Shown piece by piece: positions 31,301-44,100 of a stretch of DNA of 64,000 nt. This DNA comes from an uncultured virus (IMG/VR IMGVR_UViG_3300023210_000023) (Duplodnaviria > Heunggongvirae > Uroviricota > Caudoviricetes): the IMG/VR virus record IMGVR_UViG_3300023210_000023; one strand, written 5' to 3'. A program made the position numbers and the translations under genes. Position 1 is the first letter of the stretch; the number at the start of each line of letters is the position of its first letter. Under the pieces are notes generated by a model, which saw nothing but the letters and a program-made list of their open reading frames with translations, ran no database searches and had not been told where the DNA came from.

Positions 31301-31781
31301 TGAATATAATACAAGAGTAGCAACAGCATTAAATAATTTTGATAATACAATGGCTGCAGATAACGCAAATATTGTAGATGTTCAAGTAGATAGAATGGAT
31401 CATGCTGATAAATTATATGCATTGAATAATGAGAATCCTAATTTCTATTATGATGCTCAGAACCATATGAACACATATTATAATCCTAATGATCTTCATG
31501 CTAATCAGCCTTCAGAACAAATGACATTTGAAAGTATAGAAGAAAAATGTAAAGGTATGAACTATGTACCTGGTTCAACTGAGATGCTTAAATGTATTGA
31601 AATGTATAAGGGACAAGCTACAGCATCTTCTACACCGACACGTTCTAATATGCATAAGGATGAATCTAATGATACAGAGGAGGTAAAATACGGTAATGAA
31701 GTAGGTTGTACTTCCTGTAATAGAAAACAAGAGCTAGCAAGAAGTAAGAAAGCTCTAAGAGATTGGATATTTGGAGTTTAG
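28344..31781 (+). CDS. Putative cargo protein with EAEKGE…GKRHSEGG N-terminal domain
   Basis: ExExGE / GxxHxxGG motif of the kind seen in Bacteroidota-phage internal proteins, Q/P/M-rich linker, multiple xxGG motifs. Confidence 0.55.
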   Translation: MAKIKINKNSLPKGFTVRDGKVIKTYAAGGATSSNTLKPVDREAANLEAEKGEVALTDTSGDGVFELYNIGGKRHSEGGTPLSLPDQSFIYSDTRGMLLTKDEMKSLGIEQKKRITPAKAAKKFPLNKYIETLEDETSDKIAVETAEQMINKNKIMLSQIAFIQESKKDFENGLPLAAFPYLMAKGVDPQQFQQKIDQINAEKNPEQQPQQGMTQGMPPQGMMPPQGMMPPQPPTDMQAQGMMVPPPQMAVGGAMSQNTTKLDKLLFGGFKQSTYSVAPIENTSQDNSAEDDYPPCPAYGNPPPSATMKHSADTNKNYKGPGMKYGGDLMPYQTQGEVPVQPTMETAGEAVEQGTQKETEIEFDLATKCKNQLCEYDEWRFAYRLKDIKEVRFMYESYKTKVLDKMKASGNDTAIMPGHENMPNAPYGNMPQMRLGGDLKRFVYGGQDNAGISMGRSNEIELDPLAPAYTNNPMYRSLGSQLEMIQQEHSAAIKYHQANPHMFKEKKTQEEFEKQINNIQEQMKDIELQMRSVQRKDILAGSTMDLDQSMPNVQIADPSMYTGSNPAMQGAGMMMARQGMELPRMEVGGPICTGDDCNHENAHDSDKYKGREAGRAAHTEFHNHVMGEDFAEVRTEWINGYKAIIKQWEDVTANAGGIDVIKKAIRDNKSLGNLTVKDLKRIVKNQPVSGKSDDELFSAYMDMNDKLLQAKHAGYNPIDFKGGGYKDICKEFGWGDCEGDAYTENAKMFQGMFTAMQDLKGTETDLDQADAFFGNITLDLSGEQHEGGSHIDERTGLPMSDIDGIIGMASAGQYSSATNEVYEEEIITDIKCDEAEQKRIAAECLKNGQEFDLETCSCKTKPETPEDTGTPPYMTFPQDDLRLQNAIGQKWDRNLYMPTRQNVDPVLPDVAYQDPQAMIQANLAMAQQLAKADPANASFYMGQISDKMNKGISDVANTNIKIFDNSEARKSQILNNAMTTNSANRDEYNTRVATALNNFDNTMAADNANIVDVQVDRMDHADKLYALNNENPNFYYDAQNHMNTYYNPNDLHANQPSEQMTFESIEEKCKGMNYVPGSTEMLKCIEMYKGQATASSTPTRSNMHKDESNDTEEVKYGNEVGCTSCNRKQELARSKKALRDWIFGV
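28974..29040 (+). repeat. Short in-frame tandem repeat encoding QGM(M)PP
   Basis: caaggaatgcctcca / caaggaatgatgcctcca / cagggaatgatgccacca units. Confidence 0.7.
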
Positions 31782-31843
31782 TAAACTTTAAAAATTTAGT
31801 CTATAAATGAATAAAAGTTAAAAAAATATAGTAATTTTGTAAT

Positions 31844-34800
31844 ATGGCAACATACCTTCCAAATAGTAATGACTACATAGCTAAAACTAAAGCATATACA
31901 CCAGACTTTAAGTTTTTAGCAGATACATTAGGTAGAAGACAAGACAGATATAATACTAACTATAAGAATTTAAATGACTTATATGGTAAAGTTGTCCATG
32001 CTGATCTATCTCATACAGATAATATCCATAAAAGAGATGAGTATGCAAACCTACTTGTTCCTAAAATTCAACAACTTACAGGCACAGACTTTTCTTTACA
32101 ACAGAATGCTGATGCTGCTAGAGCATTATTTAAACCATTTTTTGAAGATAAAACAGTAGTAAGAGATATAGTTTTTACTAAACGTTTTAATAATGAAACA
32201 CAAAAAGCTGAAAGTTTTAGAAAAAGTTCTGATGCAAAAGAAAGAGATAAGTATTGGCAAGATGGTGTAGATAGATTAAACTTTTCTATGCAAGATTTTA
32301 AAGCAGGATCTTTAGAAGAATCTATGTCAGAAAGATTACCTGAGTATGTTGAAGACCCTGATTTAATTGAAAGAGGTATTGAATACCTAATGAACTATGA
32401 AGGTAAAGGTAAGAAGTTAGAAATGACTGATGTTGTATTTGATGAGAAAGGCGTTTGGATGACAACAATGACAAATGGCTCTGTTATTACTAATAGACCT
32501 ACAGGTGTAGTAGATAAAGAAACAGGAGTAATGGGAACATATAATCCTGCTGCTAATATTATTGCTAAAACTATACTGGATGATCCTCTTATCTCAAGAG
32601 GTTATGCTACAGCAGCATATGTAAAAGCAAGAAAGTTTTATGAAAATGAAAATAATATTGCAAAGTATGGTAGTAAAGAAAATGCTGAAAAATATATTTT
32701 AAATCAAATAATTAATCAAAGTAAAACTGGCATAGAGGATGAAATAAAAACTGAAACAAGCCAAAAAGAAAAATTAACACAAACAAAAAATAGTTGGGAA
32801 AAGTACTTAGAGAAATACCCAAGAGCAAACACTAAAGCAAAGCAAGATTATTTAAAAACTCTTGGTGCAATTACAGCAATAGATAAGGGTATACAAAAAG
32901 ATAATAAAACTATTTTAGATATATCTAGAGAATATAAAGATCTTGCAGAAATGAGAAACATTGCTTATCAAGCATATATGAATTACTCTATTAATAAAGA
33001 TGTATTATCTGCTGCTAATGAGTATGCTACTACTACAATGAAAGTTACAGATAGAAAAATTAATCCTTTAGTAGACAAAAAGTTAGATCATGAGTATAGA
33101 ATGCTTGAGATACAGGAAAAATATGATAATGAGAAAAAATTAGCTGATTATAAAAACGACTTGGAAGGTGGAGGAGGTCTTAATCTTGATGGTCCTGGTA
33201 TGGAACCTGGAATGCCTGATGCAGAATTAAACCTTAGTACATATCAAAATGAAGGTGATCTAATAGGAGATAATAGGATGTACATGCACAACAAGCAGAA
33301 ACAGAGTGTTAATGAACCAATGTTTGCTGCTGTTGAAGCAATGCATACTAAATTAGCTAATATTTGGAGTAGTGCTGATTATGACGTAGATCCAACAGGT
33401 ATTGAAGTTGAAGTATTTATGTATTCTGATGGTTCTGGTTATGCTAAAGATGATAATCCAACATTAAAGGAAGGTAAGTGGGAGAAAAAGTTTTTACTTT
33501 GGCAAGAAGCTAAAGAGTATTTAATTAACGGACCAGGTAGAACTCAGGATGATCTTGAGAATCATTTTAAAGCAATATTACAAAAATACCATCATCAAAT
33601 TAGTTTAGGTAAAAAAGGAGCAATTGAACCTATGTTAAGTACAGCTGAGTTTAATGATTTAAATACACAAATATCTCAGATAGAAAGTCAAATAACAAGT
33701 GGTAAAGCTGATGTATTAACTATAAATGAAAAGGGAAATAAAACATATAACGTTGCTTATAATATGATACTTGAAACAAACCCTGACTTAAAAGCTGAGT
33801 TGGAGCGTAGCGGAGGTATGATAACTGGAGAAGAAGGTAAAGAAAGATTACTTTCTTTGGCTGAATTTAAAAAACAAAATGTAGCTTCATTTAAACAAAG
33901 AGTGGCTAATTTAAATTTACCAAAAGAATTAAAAACACAAAATGAATTTGTAGCAGAACTATTAGCTAGCCCAGAAGGACAAAATGGGCAATATACAAGG
34001 ATGGGGATGGATATTAGAACACCTGGGCATGGAGCCCGAATATATCATAGAGATTATCTTTTAAAGCTATTTCCAAAAGAAGTATCTGATCAGTTTGATG
34101 GTGCTAACTATATGGACTTAGTTCGATATTTTTATAGTGCTGCCCCTAGTGATAGACCTAAACCTAGTGGTGAAACTCAAGAAAATTGGGATGCTGCGGT
34201 TTTAAGACAAATGGATATTGATACAAGGCTGTTTAAAGCAGATACAAAAATGGTTCTTCAGAGTGATAATCCTGTAAGTGGATTAAATAGGCGTTCTGAA
34301 GAATTATATAATACTGTTTATGATGCAATGAATACTGGAATGACTAGTTCTGTTGCAGGTAGTGGTTTCCCAACATTTAGTGCAAGAAATGAATTTATGC
34401 TAAAAGATCAGATAAATGATGGAAGCATTGCAATGACTGATAATTTTAATGGTAAATATATACACGGAAATGCTAGTCCAGAAGTAGCAGGTCAATTAAC
34501 AATAGCTTTAAATGCAGTTAACAGATTAGATAAATCAAATGTTGTTGTTAAACTAGGAGATCCATCAATGCATATTGAAAAAGGAGGATTAACAGATATG
34601 GAATGGTCTGAAGGCATGGATCAAATATTAGCACAAATAAGAACAGATCTTAGACAACCAGCATCTGCTACTAACATGCCAAACATATCTATTACATATA
34701 ATGAAAACTTAGGTGGTAAATCTGGTTGGACACTTCAGTTAGATCAAGATTATATAAAAAAACTAAGAAGCTCTGCTACTGTAGATAACAATGTACTTTC

Positions 34801-35185
34801 TAAAGCATTTGCTGATGATAAGAATACCATTACAATATATGTAGATAAAGGCATGGTGCATAATCCTCTTGACATAATAAATATGGATGTATCTAGTACA
34901 AGAAGAATAATAAGAGATAACGGAGAATATAGTCATATTGTACCTCAAGGTGGTAATATTAGAGCTTGGACAGGTAGTGATGGTAATACAATATATACTC
35001 AAATGACACAAGGAACATGGATCCAAGATGAAAATAAAGAATGGAACTATAGAGAAGTTGCTGGTGAAGTTAGAGCACTTCCACCAGGTGAAGCAAAAAT
35101 AGATGAGATGTTTAGAACTCAAAGAGAACATCTAGAAAATTTAGCTAATAAGAATAGAATTACACAAGATAAAAACCTGAAATAA
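31844..35185 (+). CDS. Large putative internal virion protein preceding the RNAP
   Basis: 1113-aa largely helical ORF immediately upstream of the virion RNAP; no catalytic motif recognised. Confidence 0.55.
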   Translation: MATYLPNSNDYIAKTKAYTPDFKFLADTLGRRQDRYNTNYKNLNDLYGKVVHADLSHTDNIHKRDEYANLLVPKIQQLTGTDFSLQQNADAARALFKPFFEDKTVVRDIVFTKRFNNETQKAESFRKSSDAKERDKYWQDGVDRLNFSMQDFKAGSLEESMSERLPEYVEDPDLIERGIEYLMNYEGKGKKLEMTDVVFDEKGVWMTTMTNGSVITNRPTGVVDKETGVMGTYNPAANIIAKTILDDPLISRGYATAAYVKARKFYENENNIAKYGSKENAEKYILNQIINQSKTGIEDEIKTETSQKEKLTQTKNSWEKYLEKYPRANTKAKQDYLKTLGAITAIDKGIQKDNKTILDISREYKDLAEMRNIAYQAYMNYSINKDVLSAANEYATTTMKVTDRKINPLVDKKLDHEYRMLEIQEKYDNEKKLADYKNDLEGGGGLNLDGPGMEPGMPDAELNLSTYQNEGDLIGDNRMYMHNKQKQSVNEPMFAAVEAMHTKLANIWSSADYDVDPTGIEVEVFMYSDGSGYAKDDNPTLKEGKWEKKFLLWQEAKEYLINGPGRTQDDLENHFKAILQKYHHQISLGKKGAIEPMLSTAEFNDLNTQISQIESQITSGKADVLTINEKGNKTYNVAYNMILETNPDLKAELERSGGMITGEEGKERLLSLAEFKKQNVASFKQRVANLNLPKELKTQNEFVAELLASPEGQNGQYTRMGMDIRTPGHGARIYHRDYLLKLFPKEVSDQFDGANYMDLVRYFYSAAPSDRPKPSGETQENWDAAVLRQMDIDTRLFKADTKMVLQSDNPVSGLNRRSEELYNTVYDAMNTGMTSSVAGSGFPTFSARNEFMLKDQINDGSIAMTDNFNGKYIHGNASPEVAGQLTIALNAVNRLDKSNVVVKLGDPSMHIEKGGLTDMEWSEGMDQILAQIRTDLRQPASATNMPNISITYNENLGGKSGWTLQLDQDYIKKLRSSATVDNNVLSKAFADDKNTITIYVDKGMVHNPLDIINMDVSSTRRIIRDNGEYSHIVPQGGNIRAWTGSDGNTIYTQMTQGTWIQDENKEWNYREVAGEVRALPPGEAKIDEMFRTQREHLENLANKNRITQDKNLK

Positions 35186-35193
35186 ACCAAACT

Positions 35194-38100
35194 ATGGCAG
35201 AGGAAAATCTACAAGAAAAAAACATTGTTCCAAATAATGTACCACAGGAAACTGTTGATCCATTAGCACCTAACGCTAATTTATTTGCTGGTATAACAGA
35301 TTCACCACAACAAGACGTAGAATTGTCACAAGACTTTGATGTTGATCAAGCTTTATTTGGTGATCAAGACATGAGTTTTTTAGCTGCACAAGTAAACCCA
35401 GGATGGACTCCTAATATGGATGCTGCAAGTAGTTATATAAATACAGGGTATAGTCCAACTTACTTATCTCCACAAGAAAAGTTTCAAAGTTTAGAAACTC
35501 AAAATTCTGAGTCTGATATAGATAGGTTAATGAACCAAGTATATTCACAACCATCTACTACTAGTGATAAACTTAGTCCAAACAATGTTCAAACTTTTGG
35601 GTTTAAATCAAGTAATTTTGATAGATTTTATAATCACCCTAATTTTGATAAGTTAGGTTTTCATCCTTATAGAAATAATGAGGAGTATTATAACGAAAAT
35701 TCTACATGGTGGGATGATAATCAAAGAATGTGGGGACAATGGGGTAAAGTATTTGGTACTGGTTTTATGAGTACATATGATGCTCTTGGTGATGCAATGC
35801 AAGGAAACTATCTTAGTGCAGATGTAGAAGGTGCTGATAGTTTTGCTGAGGCAATGAGAATAGGAAATACTACTAGAGGAGGTGTTGGTGGTTTTGCAAC
35901 TAATTTAGCGCTAAACGCTGGTTATACAGTAGGTATATTAGCCAACATTGCTGTGGAAGAAGTTGCATTAGCTTTTCTTGAAGCTGGAACTGTTGGTGGT
36001 GCTACTCCAATTGTAGCAAGTAGAACTGCATATAACATTGCTAGATTAGGTAGAGTTGGAGATAAGATTAAAGACGCAGAAAATGTATCAGAAGCTTTAT
36101 TAAAAACAGTAAAGAATGTAGATAACGCAAAATCTTTTTGGTTAAACGCTGGTTTATGGACAGCAGATAAACTTACACCTAATACATATAAAGCAATTAA
36201 GAGTTGGAAAACAGCTGAAAATACAGCAAAGGCTCTTAGTACTGCTGCCAAAGTTGCAAAAACAGCAGGAGGATTTTATAGAGATATGAGAATGGTTAAC
36301 CTTGCTGTTGCTGAAAGTAAGCTTGAAGCAGGAATGGTTAAGAATGATTTTATTGCTGAACACTATGCTGACTATAAAGCAAATAATAATGGTGACAACC
36401 CATCAGCAGATGAAATAGCAAAAATAGTAGAGGAGTCTGATAAAGCAGCATTTACTACTTTAATGTGGAACTTCCCTATAATATTTGCATCAAACATGAT
36501 TGTATTTGATGGGGCATTAAGAGGATTTAGAGGAATTAATAAAGTACTTAATGCTACTAAGAAAAGTGCATCTAGTCAGATATTAGAAAGCACTGGTAAA
36601 CAAATGGGTAAAAAAGGTACTTCAAAATTTTATGACGGAGGTACATCAAGATGGGGTAGAGTTAAACAAAGAGGTCTGAATGGTAATCTCTCAGTATTTG
36701 GTGGTGAGTTATTAAGATATACATTACCTAATTCGGTTGAGGGTTTTCAGGAAATATTTCAAGAAGCAATTGCTGTAGGTGCAAAAGATTATTATGGTAA
36801 TATCTATAAGGATCCAGGAATGGCGGGTCTTGATGCACAACTTGCATCTATAAAAGCAGGATTAGGGTCTCAGATGTCTGGGCAAGGTTTTGAGGTATTC
36901 ATGTCAGGATTTTTAATGGGTGGGTTAGTACAAGGACCACAAAAAGCTGTTTTTGAATGGGCACCACAGATGTATGAAAAATACATGGACCCAAAAGCAT
37001 ATGCAAAATATGAAAAAGAACGTGATGATTATATTAATGAAACTGTAAAAGTACTTAATGAAGTATATGAAAATCCTGAAGAATATTTTTCTCCAGAAAA
37101 GATTAATGCCGTAGCTCAAAAAATGGCTAATGAGGAAATGTTTGATGCATCTCTTGCAGGGTCTGTATTAAATTTTATGGATGCAAAAGATAAAGGATTA
37201 TTTCAACATTTACACACAGTATTAAGTTCTGGTAAAGCTTATGAGTTTCGTTCTCAACTAGAAGACTTTCTTAAACTAGATGACCAAGGATTAGCTGAGG
37301 CATTTCCAAATGCTACAGCAGAAGAAGTTAAAAGTGGTAAAACTAGAGAACGTATAAATAGTATGATGACTAATCTAGATAGTTTAGAGAAGTCATTTAA
37401 ACAACTTAATGACGAAATAATAAACCCATATAATCCTTCTGATTTTGAAGTAAAATCTAGAGAGTGGAATGAAGAAGTAATTAAACAAGCAGCATTTAAT
37501 CATTCAAAAATGCTTGCGTTATATACAAGAGATACATTTAAAAGAGCTTTAGAAAGATCAAATCAAATGTATAAAGACATGGCAGCAGATCCTGTTGTTG
37601 CTAATTTATCAAGATCTGATTTAGATGTACTAACTAGTATGAATGATCTTGTAAATGAGATTAATCTTTTAAAAACAAATATAAAAATTTTTGGAGAAAC
37701 TGAGGGAGAAACAACACAAGATCAAAAAGATATAAATAAAAATAAAATAGATAGGTTAGCTTTATTACAAACTTATTTTGGAGTACTAACAGATCCAAAA
37801 AATGTTGAGAAAGCGGCTCCAGTATTTGTACCTAAAGAAGGAGAAACACCAGAAGAAGAAGCTGAAAGAAAAAAAGAACAATCTATTCAAGCAAAAATAA
37901 TTATTGAGCTTAGAGAAAGAGTATTAAGTGATCAGCAGGTTAATATTCCAAAACTTAAAGGTTTACCAGGTCAACCTTTTGGAATGTTTAATGAAGAAAA
38001 TATAAAGAGCTTAAAGGATCCTTTTGTAAAATTCTTACAATCCGTAGCAAATACTAATGATGAGTTTATTAATTCTGATAAGATAGATGAAACACTTCTT

Positions 38101-41100
38101 AAAATTGTAGACTATAAATTTCTAAAAGGAAGAGCTGAAGACTATAATAAAGCTATACAGTATATAATGTCTCCTGGTAAGTTGAATGACATGGTTGATA
38201 AATTTACAGTTACGTTTAAACAAGCTTTTGAAGAAAACAAAAGAGGAGTTAGAGAAAGAATAGAAAAGTATGTTGATCAAACTGAAAAAAATAATGTCTT
38301 AAATGCTTTATCTAAACTTGAAGTATACCCGGATATGTTTGAGGTTGAACAATGGTTAAAAGGTGAAGGACCTATGCCACACACATTCTTTAATAAAAAA
38401 GGTGAAATTATATTTACTGATCCAAAAAATAAAGCGCTTGCTGATAAAATAGAAAACATAATAGGTGTTTATGAAAATACAGCACGTAAAAAAGAAAGTG
38501 AGTCTTTTGATGTAGAAGAACAAGAAGACTTTGATGATGTAAGAAATGATGAATATAACTATGATGATAACTTTACACCTAAAGTAGATGACGAAACAGG
38601 AGAAATTGTTGATGATAATATAGATTTTGAATCTGGTGTATCATTAGGTAAGCAACACTTAGCTAAAGAATATAGAAAGTATCAAAAAAATGCAAAAGGA
38701 ACTCCAATGTCATATAGAGACTGGAGAGAAAGTTCTGCTGCTAAACGTGCCTTAAGGACAGCTGTGGCAATAAATAAATTATATAAAGAACTATATGACC
38801 CGGCATTTATTCAGGGAGAAAAAGCAGATTTTAAGGAATGGTTGATAGCTAATGAAGATACTGACAATGTTCAAAGTATATTAAAACTAACTGATACAAC
38901 GGTTGAACAAATAACAGGTACGTCTACAAAGAAAGTTCCTAAAAAGTATAATGCTAAAAAAAATACACAAAGAAAAAAGGTTGTAGATAAAAAAGGAAAA
39001 GGTCATTCTTCTGGTTTAAATATTCAACAAACTACTATCCCAAAAGAAGAAGGTGACGTACAAATGTATAGAATTGTAGATAACAATGGTGATCCTATTA
39101 ATGATGATGTATATGGTTCAGTAGAAGATGCAACTAATTCTAGAAATCAAAAAGTAAGACAAGATAAAAAAGAAGAAGGATATAAACTTAATGAAGAAGT
39201 ATCTTTAAAGAAAGGTGATATTGTACAAAATAAAGAAACAGGTGATAAGTTTATGGTTCACGGAAACAAACTTACTAAAGGTAATGAAGTATACTTAAGA
39301 CCTGCGTATGATCCAAGTAGTAAAAAGAAAAAAGATCAAATAAAAGTTGAAGCAGAGGATTTTCTTAATAATTACACACTAGTTGAAAATGAAATTATAG
39401 AAGATGATGTACAAATATCTAAGATACTAACTAGAGAACCTCTTTCAATTATTCCAAAATATGATTTTGCTATAAAAAATAAAGAAAAAAGAATAAAAGA
39501 AGCAAATGATAGACTTCAAAAGTTACTAAGAGAGTTAAGTCCTGAAAAGCAGGGAGCATTAAAACTAAAAATAAGAAGAGGTCCTAAATGGGATGATAGA
39601 CAAACTAATGTAAATAAGCTTCAGCAGTTTCAATTTGGAGAAGATCCTAAAAATCCTAGTATAAGAATTCAAAAACAAAAGCTTTATGTTGAGATAATAT
39701 CAGAACAAGTAAATGACGAGGGTAATTTAGTTGCTGAAACTGTAGGATTTTTTCAAGGTTCAAGTTCAGCAGTATTGTTAGATGGTAATGGTAATACTAT
39801 TGACCCACTTCAAATAACTAATCAACAAGCATATGATTTATTTAGAACATATAAAAGTGATAACATAGATAATATAGTTGACAAAATTAAAAACAATTAT
39901 GTTCAAGCATACGCTATAGAAGAATTTTTACAAAAAACATTAAATGAATCAGGCCAAGAAGAGGTTATTATTGATATAGCAGATCTTGAAGATATTGGAG
40001 TTACGTTATCAGAAGGAGCATTAACTAGGTTAACTGGTAAAGGAGAACAAGGAGCTACGTTTGGTGAATTAGATTATAAATATGTAGTTACAGATGTAGA
40101 AGGAGCGGATTATTCAGATATTACAGTAGATGGTCAGCCTCCATACTTTATTATGGACTATAATAGAGACTACCCTTCAAAATACAAAAACAAAGATGGT
40201 AAGTGGGTTTATTCTAAAGTAAAAGGTAATCCGGTAAATAATATTGATACAACTAAACCAGCAGGTAAAAAATTGTATCAAGAGGTTATATCTATCTATA
40301 GTAAATTAGAATCTAAGAGTCCTAACCTAAAAGGTAAATATAATGCTCTTGTAAAGTTAGATAATGGTAAACATGCTATTGTTACACTTACTCCAGATAC
40401 AATGAGTCTTGATGATGTTGATAATTTTATAAACGTTCTACAAGAAAGGTCTAAAGATACTCATGATAATCATTTTGAAGATATTACTTACAACGATAAA
40501 TGGAATAAAGAATTGATGGATGGATCACCTGCTGATTCACAATTTGATTTACCTGGTATGTTTATAGCTGCTGGTCCTGGTATATTTGTTACACTTAACG
40601 TAAACAGTATAGGAGGTTTAAATGTTTCAATTAGAAACTTTAATGTATCTGATAAAGCAGCAAATCATAGATTAAAATCAGTTTTAGATTTTGAAGCAGT
40701 ACAAGAATGGAATAATGCAGAAGATATGATTGCTGCATTAACTGACGAAAATTTTAAAGCTTTTCAACCTACTAAAAATTCATTTAAATATCCTATTAAT
40801 AGAAAGAATATGGATTTTAATGTACTATCTCTTGCAAGAACAAACCTAACATCAGAAGTCAAAAAAGGTTTTTACATAACATTAAACTTAGAAGGAAGTA
40901 ATATATCTAGATTAACAACACCTATAATTAGAAAGTCTGATGCTGTTAAAGAAAAAGAAAGATCAGAAAGAGAAAGAGAAAAAGATAATGAAGTAGTTGA
41001 AGAATTAACACCAGAACAAAGACAGGATGCTGCAGTAGCAGATTATGAAAATATTTCTAATGACCAATTAAAGTTAATTGCTGTTAAATTAAATATAGGA

Positions 41101-44100
41101 GAAAATCTTGATGAATTTGAAAAAGCGGTTCAAGCTGTACATAGAGATAGAATTGCTGAACTTAGAATAGAAGTTTTAGAACAAACTACTGTACCTGCTG
41201 ATACACCTAAAGAGGCTGAAAATCAAAAAGCACTTGCTGAACATTCAAGACTAGAGAGAGAGCTTAAGGATTATACAATAAAGTTAAGAACTGAAAAAAG
41301 AGCTGAATTAATTGCAAGTGATTCTACATTATATAATGAAGAAACTAATGATGGTAAAATTGCAATAAATAGACAGCTACAACAAATTGTCATAACTGAT
41401 CCTAAAATACAAGAGTTAAAAGCTGCTGTTAAAAAAGCATTTGAAGATAGTTTTAAAATACGTAAGATTACAAGAAATTTTGATGGTAATGATATTGAGG
41501 ATATAAATACATTCACAGATTGGCTAAAAGCAAATTTACCTGAAAATCTCATATCATTAGGAGAATCTAGACTTACCAGTGTATATGAGTTAAATCTTAT
41601 AAGTAAGTTAAGGGAGGATATGAAAGATGAGTTTATTACAGTTGGAGATTTTACTTTATCAATGGCTAAAATCTCAAACGGTATAGAAGGATTAAGAGGT
41701 GTTATTAATACTTCCCCTATGGCTCCATTTAAATATCACGAAGCATTTCATAGTGTATTTAGAATGCTACTTACTGAAGAAGAGATTGTTAAATATTTAG
41801 GAATAGCAAAGAAAGAACTTAGGGCATTATACAGAAAGGAAAAAGGATATGAAATTGAACCTGGAGTTTTTGTTAAGTCTGAGGCAGAAGCATTAGATTT
41901 CTTAAGATCTATGCATGTTGGATACGCAGAAATGTCAGTTAAAGAATTATCTGATGTATTATATGAAGAGTATTTAGCAGATAGATTTGAAGAATTTAAG
42001 ATGAACCCTGCTGCTACTAAGACAAGTTCTGAAGTTAAAGGCTTCTTCCAAATGATTATAGACTTTATCAAAGCAGTATTAGGACAATTTAAAGCAGATA
42101 AAGGAAGTCAATTAAATTCATTATTTAAAGATATTGATGGTGGTAAATACAAAAGAGCAGGTGTTCAAACTAATAAGTTTACTATAGCGGCTGCAGAAGG
42201 AGTTCCATCTGTAGCATACAAAAAGTCAATTAGATTAGGTACATTAGATATTCGTTATGAAAGTAAAACACAAAAAGGAAAGTTTATAGAAAAAAGAATA
42301 AACAATGTAATGCCTGCAGATCAGCAACATACTATTGTTTCTGGTATAACAAACCTATACCTTAAAAGAAAAAGAAATCATAAAGAAGCTTTTAATAAAA
42401 ATGAAGAGTTAGAAAAGGCGGTTTTCTTAGCAATTGAAATGTATAATCCAAATAGAGATTTCTATATGGAAAAAAGTGAGGAATGGCAAGTAGATACACT
42501 TCCTCATGTAAGGAACATGTATGATTCAATGTTAGATCAAGTTGAAGATATTAAAGACATGGTAAATGAAAGGCTTGCTGATATTGCTGAAAAGATAAAT
42601 CTTGAAGAAGAAGATATTGCAGAATTAGAAGCTGATGGTGTAAGATCTATAAATGAATGGGGTAAATCTAGTGATGAAATAGGAGGTTTTTCATCAATGT
42701 TAAGTCCAGACCTTAGAACATATATTGGTCTAACCACATTAAATGAAGCAGATACATACGGTAATAGATATTTTGATGATGCTGAAACTGAACCTTTAAA
42801 CATTGGTGTTGATGCACATAGAGTATATAACGGTATACTAAAAGCAGTTGCTAATGAAGTAAATGAAATAGAGATAATTAAAAAAGCATGGTTATATTCT
42901 AGAAAAAACCCACACAGTAAAGCCTTTATTGATAATTTCTTTAAAGATATTGGACTGTTTGATAAAGCTATGGATGATGCAGGTAAAACAGCAGTATTGT
43001 TTGATGATAATTACACATTACCTGAGATAAAAGATTCTGAATTATACCAACAGTTTATAAATGGTTTTATGAACTTTAGAGTAGATAACATATTTTGGCA
43101 AAAAGATAGTAGTGGTGTAGTAAATTTATACTCTGCTACTACTAAAGATGATGCGCATCATACACTATCTGAATGGGCTAGTTCATTTAATAAAAAGTAT
43201 AATTTAGTTAAGGTACTTGATTCTGAAGAACATGCAAATGCAAAATTAACATTAAATAGTCTAACTCAATTAATGGCAATTTCTAAAATAGATAAGCAAA
43301 CAAACTTATCTGAAAGATCTAGTTCAGTAGCAGAAGATTTAAGAGTTGATCTTGGTATGGATATTAGTCCTTTATATTTAGAATATAGTGTTCTAACTAA
43401 TATTCTTGATCAATCTAATTTTACACCTGAACAAAAAATGCTAGTTGATACATTTAGTATGTATGATGCTATAGAAGAAGTAGACATTGAAGAATTAGTA
43501 AAGTCTATTAACAGAGGAGAAAACATATTTCTTGATAACCAAGACGTAGATGGAGAAGATACTTCTAAAAAAACAGATGAACTCTATGGTGTAAAATCTA
43601 GACTTATTAAAATATCAATAAATAATGCTCCATTTTCTGAATCTGTTGGTGCTACTGTATTTAAAGACCCTAAAGGGAATTTAATATATGCACATCAAAT
43701 GCCTACACTGCATTTAGAAAAGATTATTGAAATGAAAGGGGCAGACTATGTTGCAAACAAAATACTAGAGAGTCCTTTTATGAAGGATAATGTACTTTTA
43801 AACGACTCTAAGTTTCAAACAATAGTGGAAAAAGGTTTAATAAACCCTATGAGAATTTCTGGGCTTAAATCTGGCGGTATATTAAATATAAGTGATAATG
43901 GAGTATTAAGAGAAAATAAAGCTCTTGATGTTAATCAAAAACCTGGTGTTCAGTTTGGTTCATCAACACCTAAAGAATTTGCATTAAGTTTAATTCATAC
44001 ATACTTATATTATTATAATAGAACTTCACCTGACAAGTCACCTGTATTCTATGATAAAGAAACTAATGAACCTTTTGTATTAGCTCCTATATTTATAAGA

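Noticed and set aside
28344..31781. Tape-measure protein call
   Set aside because: It shares a GxxHxxGG motif but lacks tape-measure periodicity, and the surrounding genes indicate a short-tailed virion.
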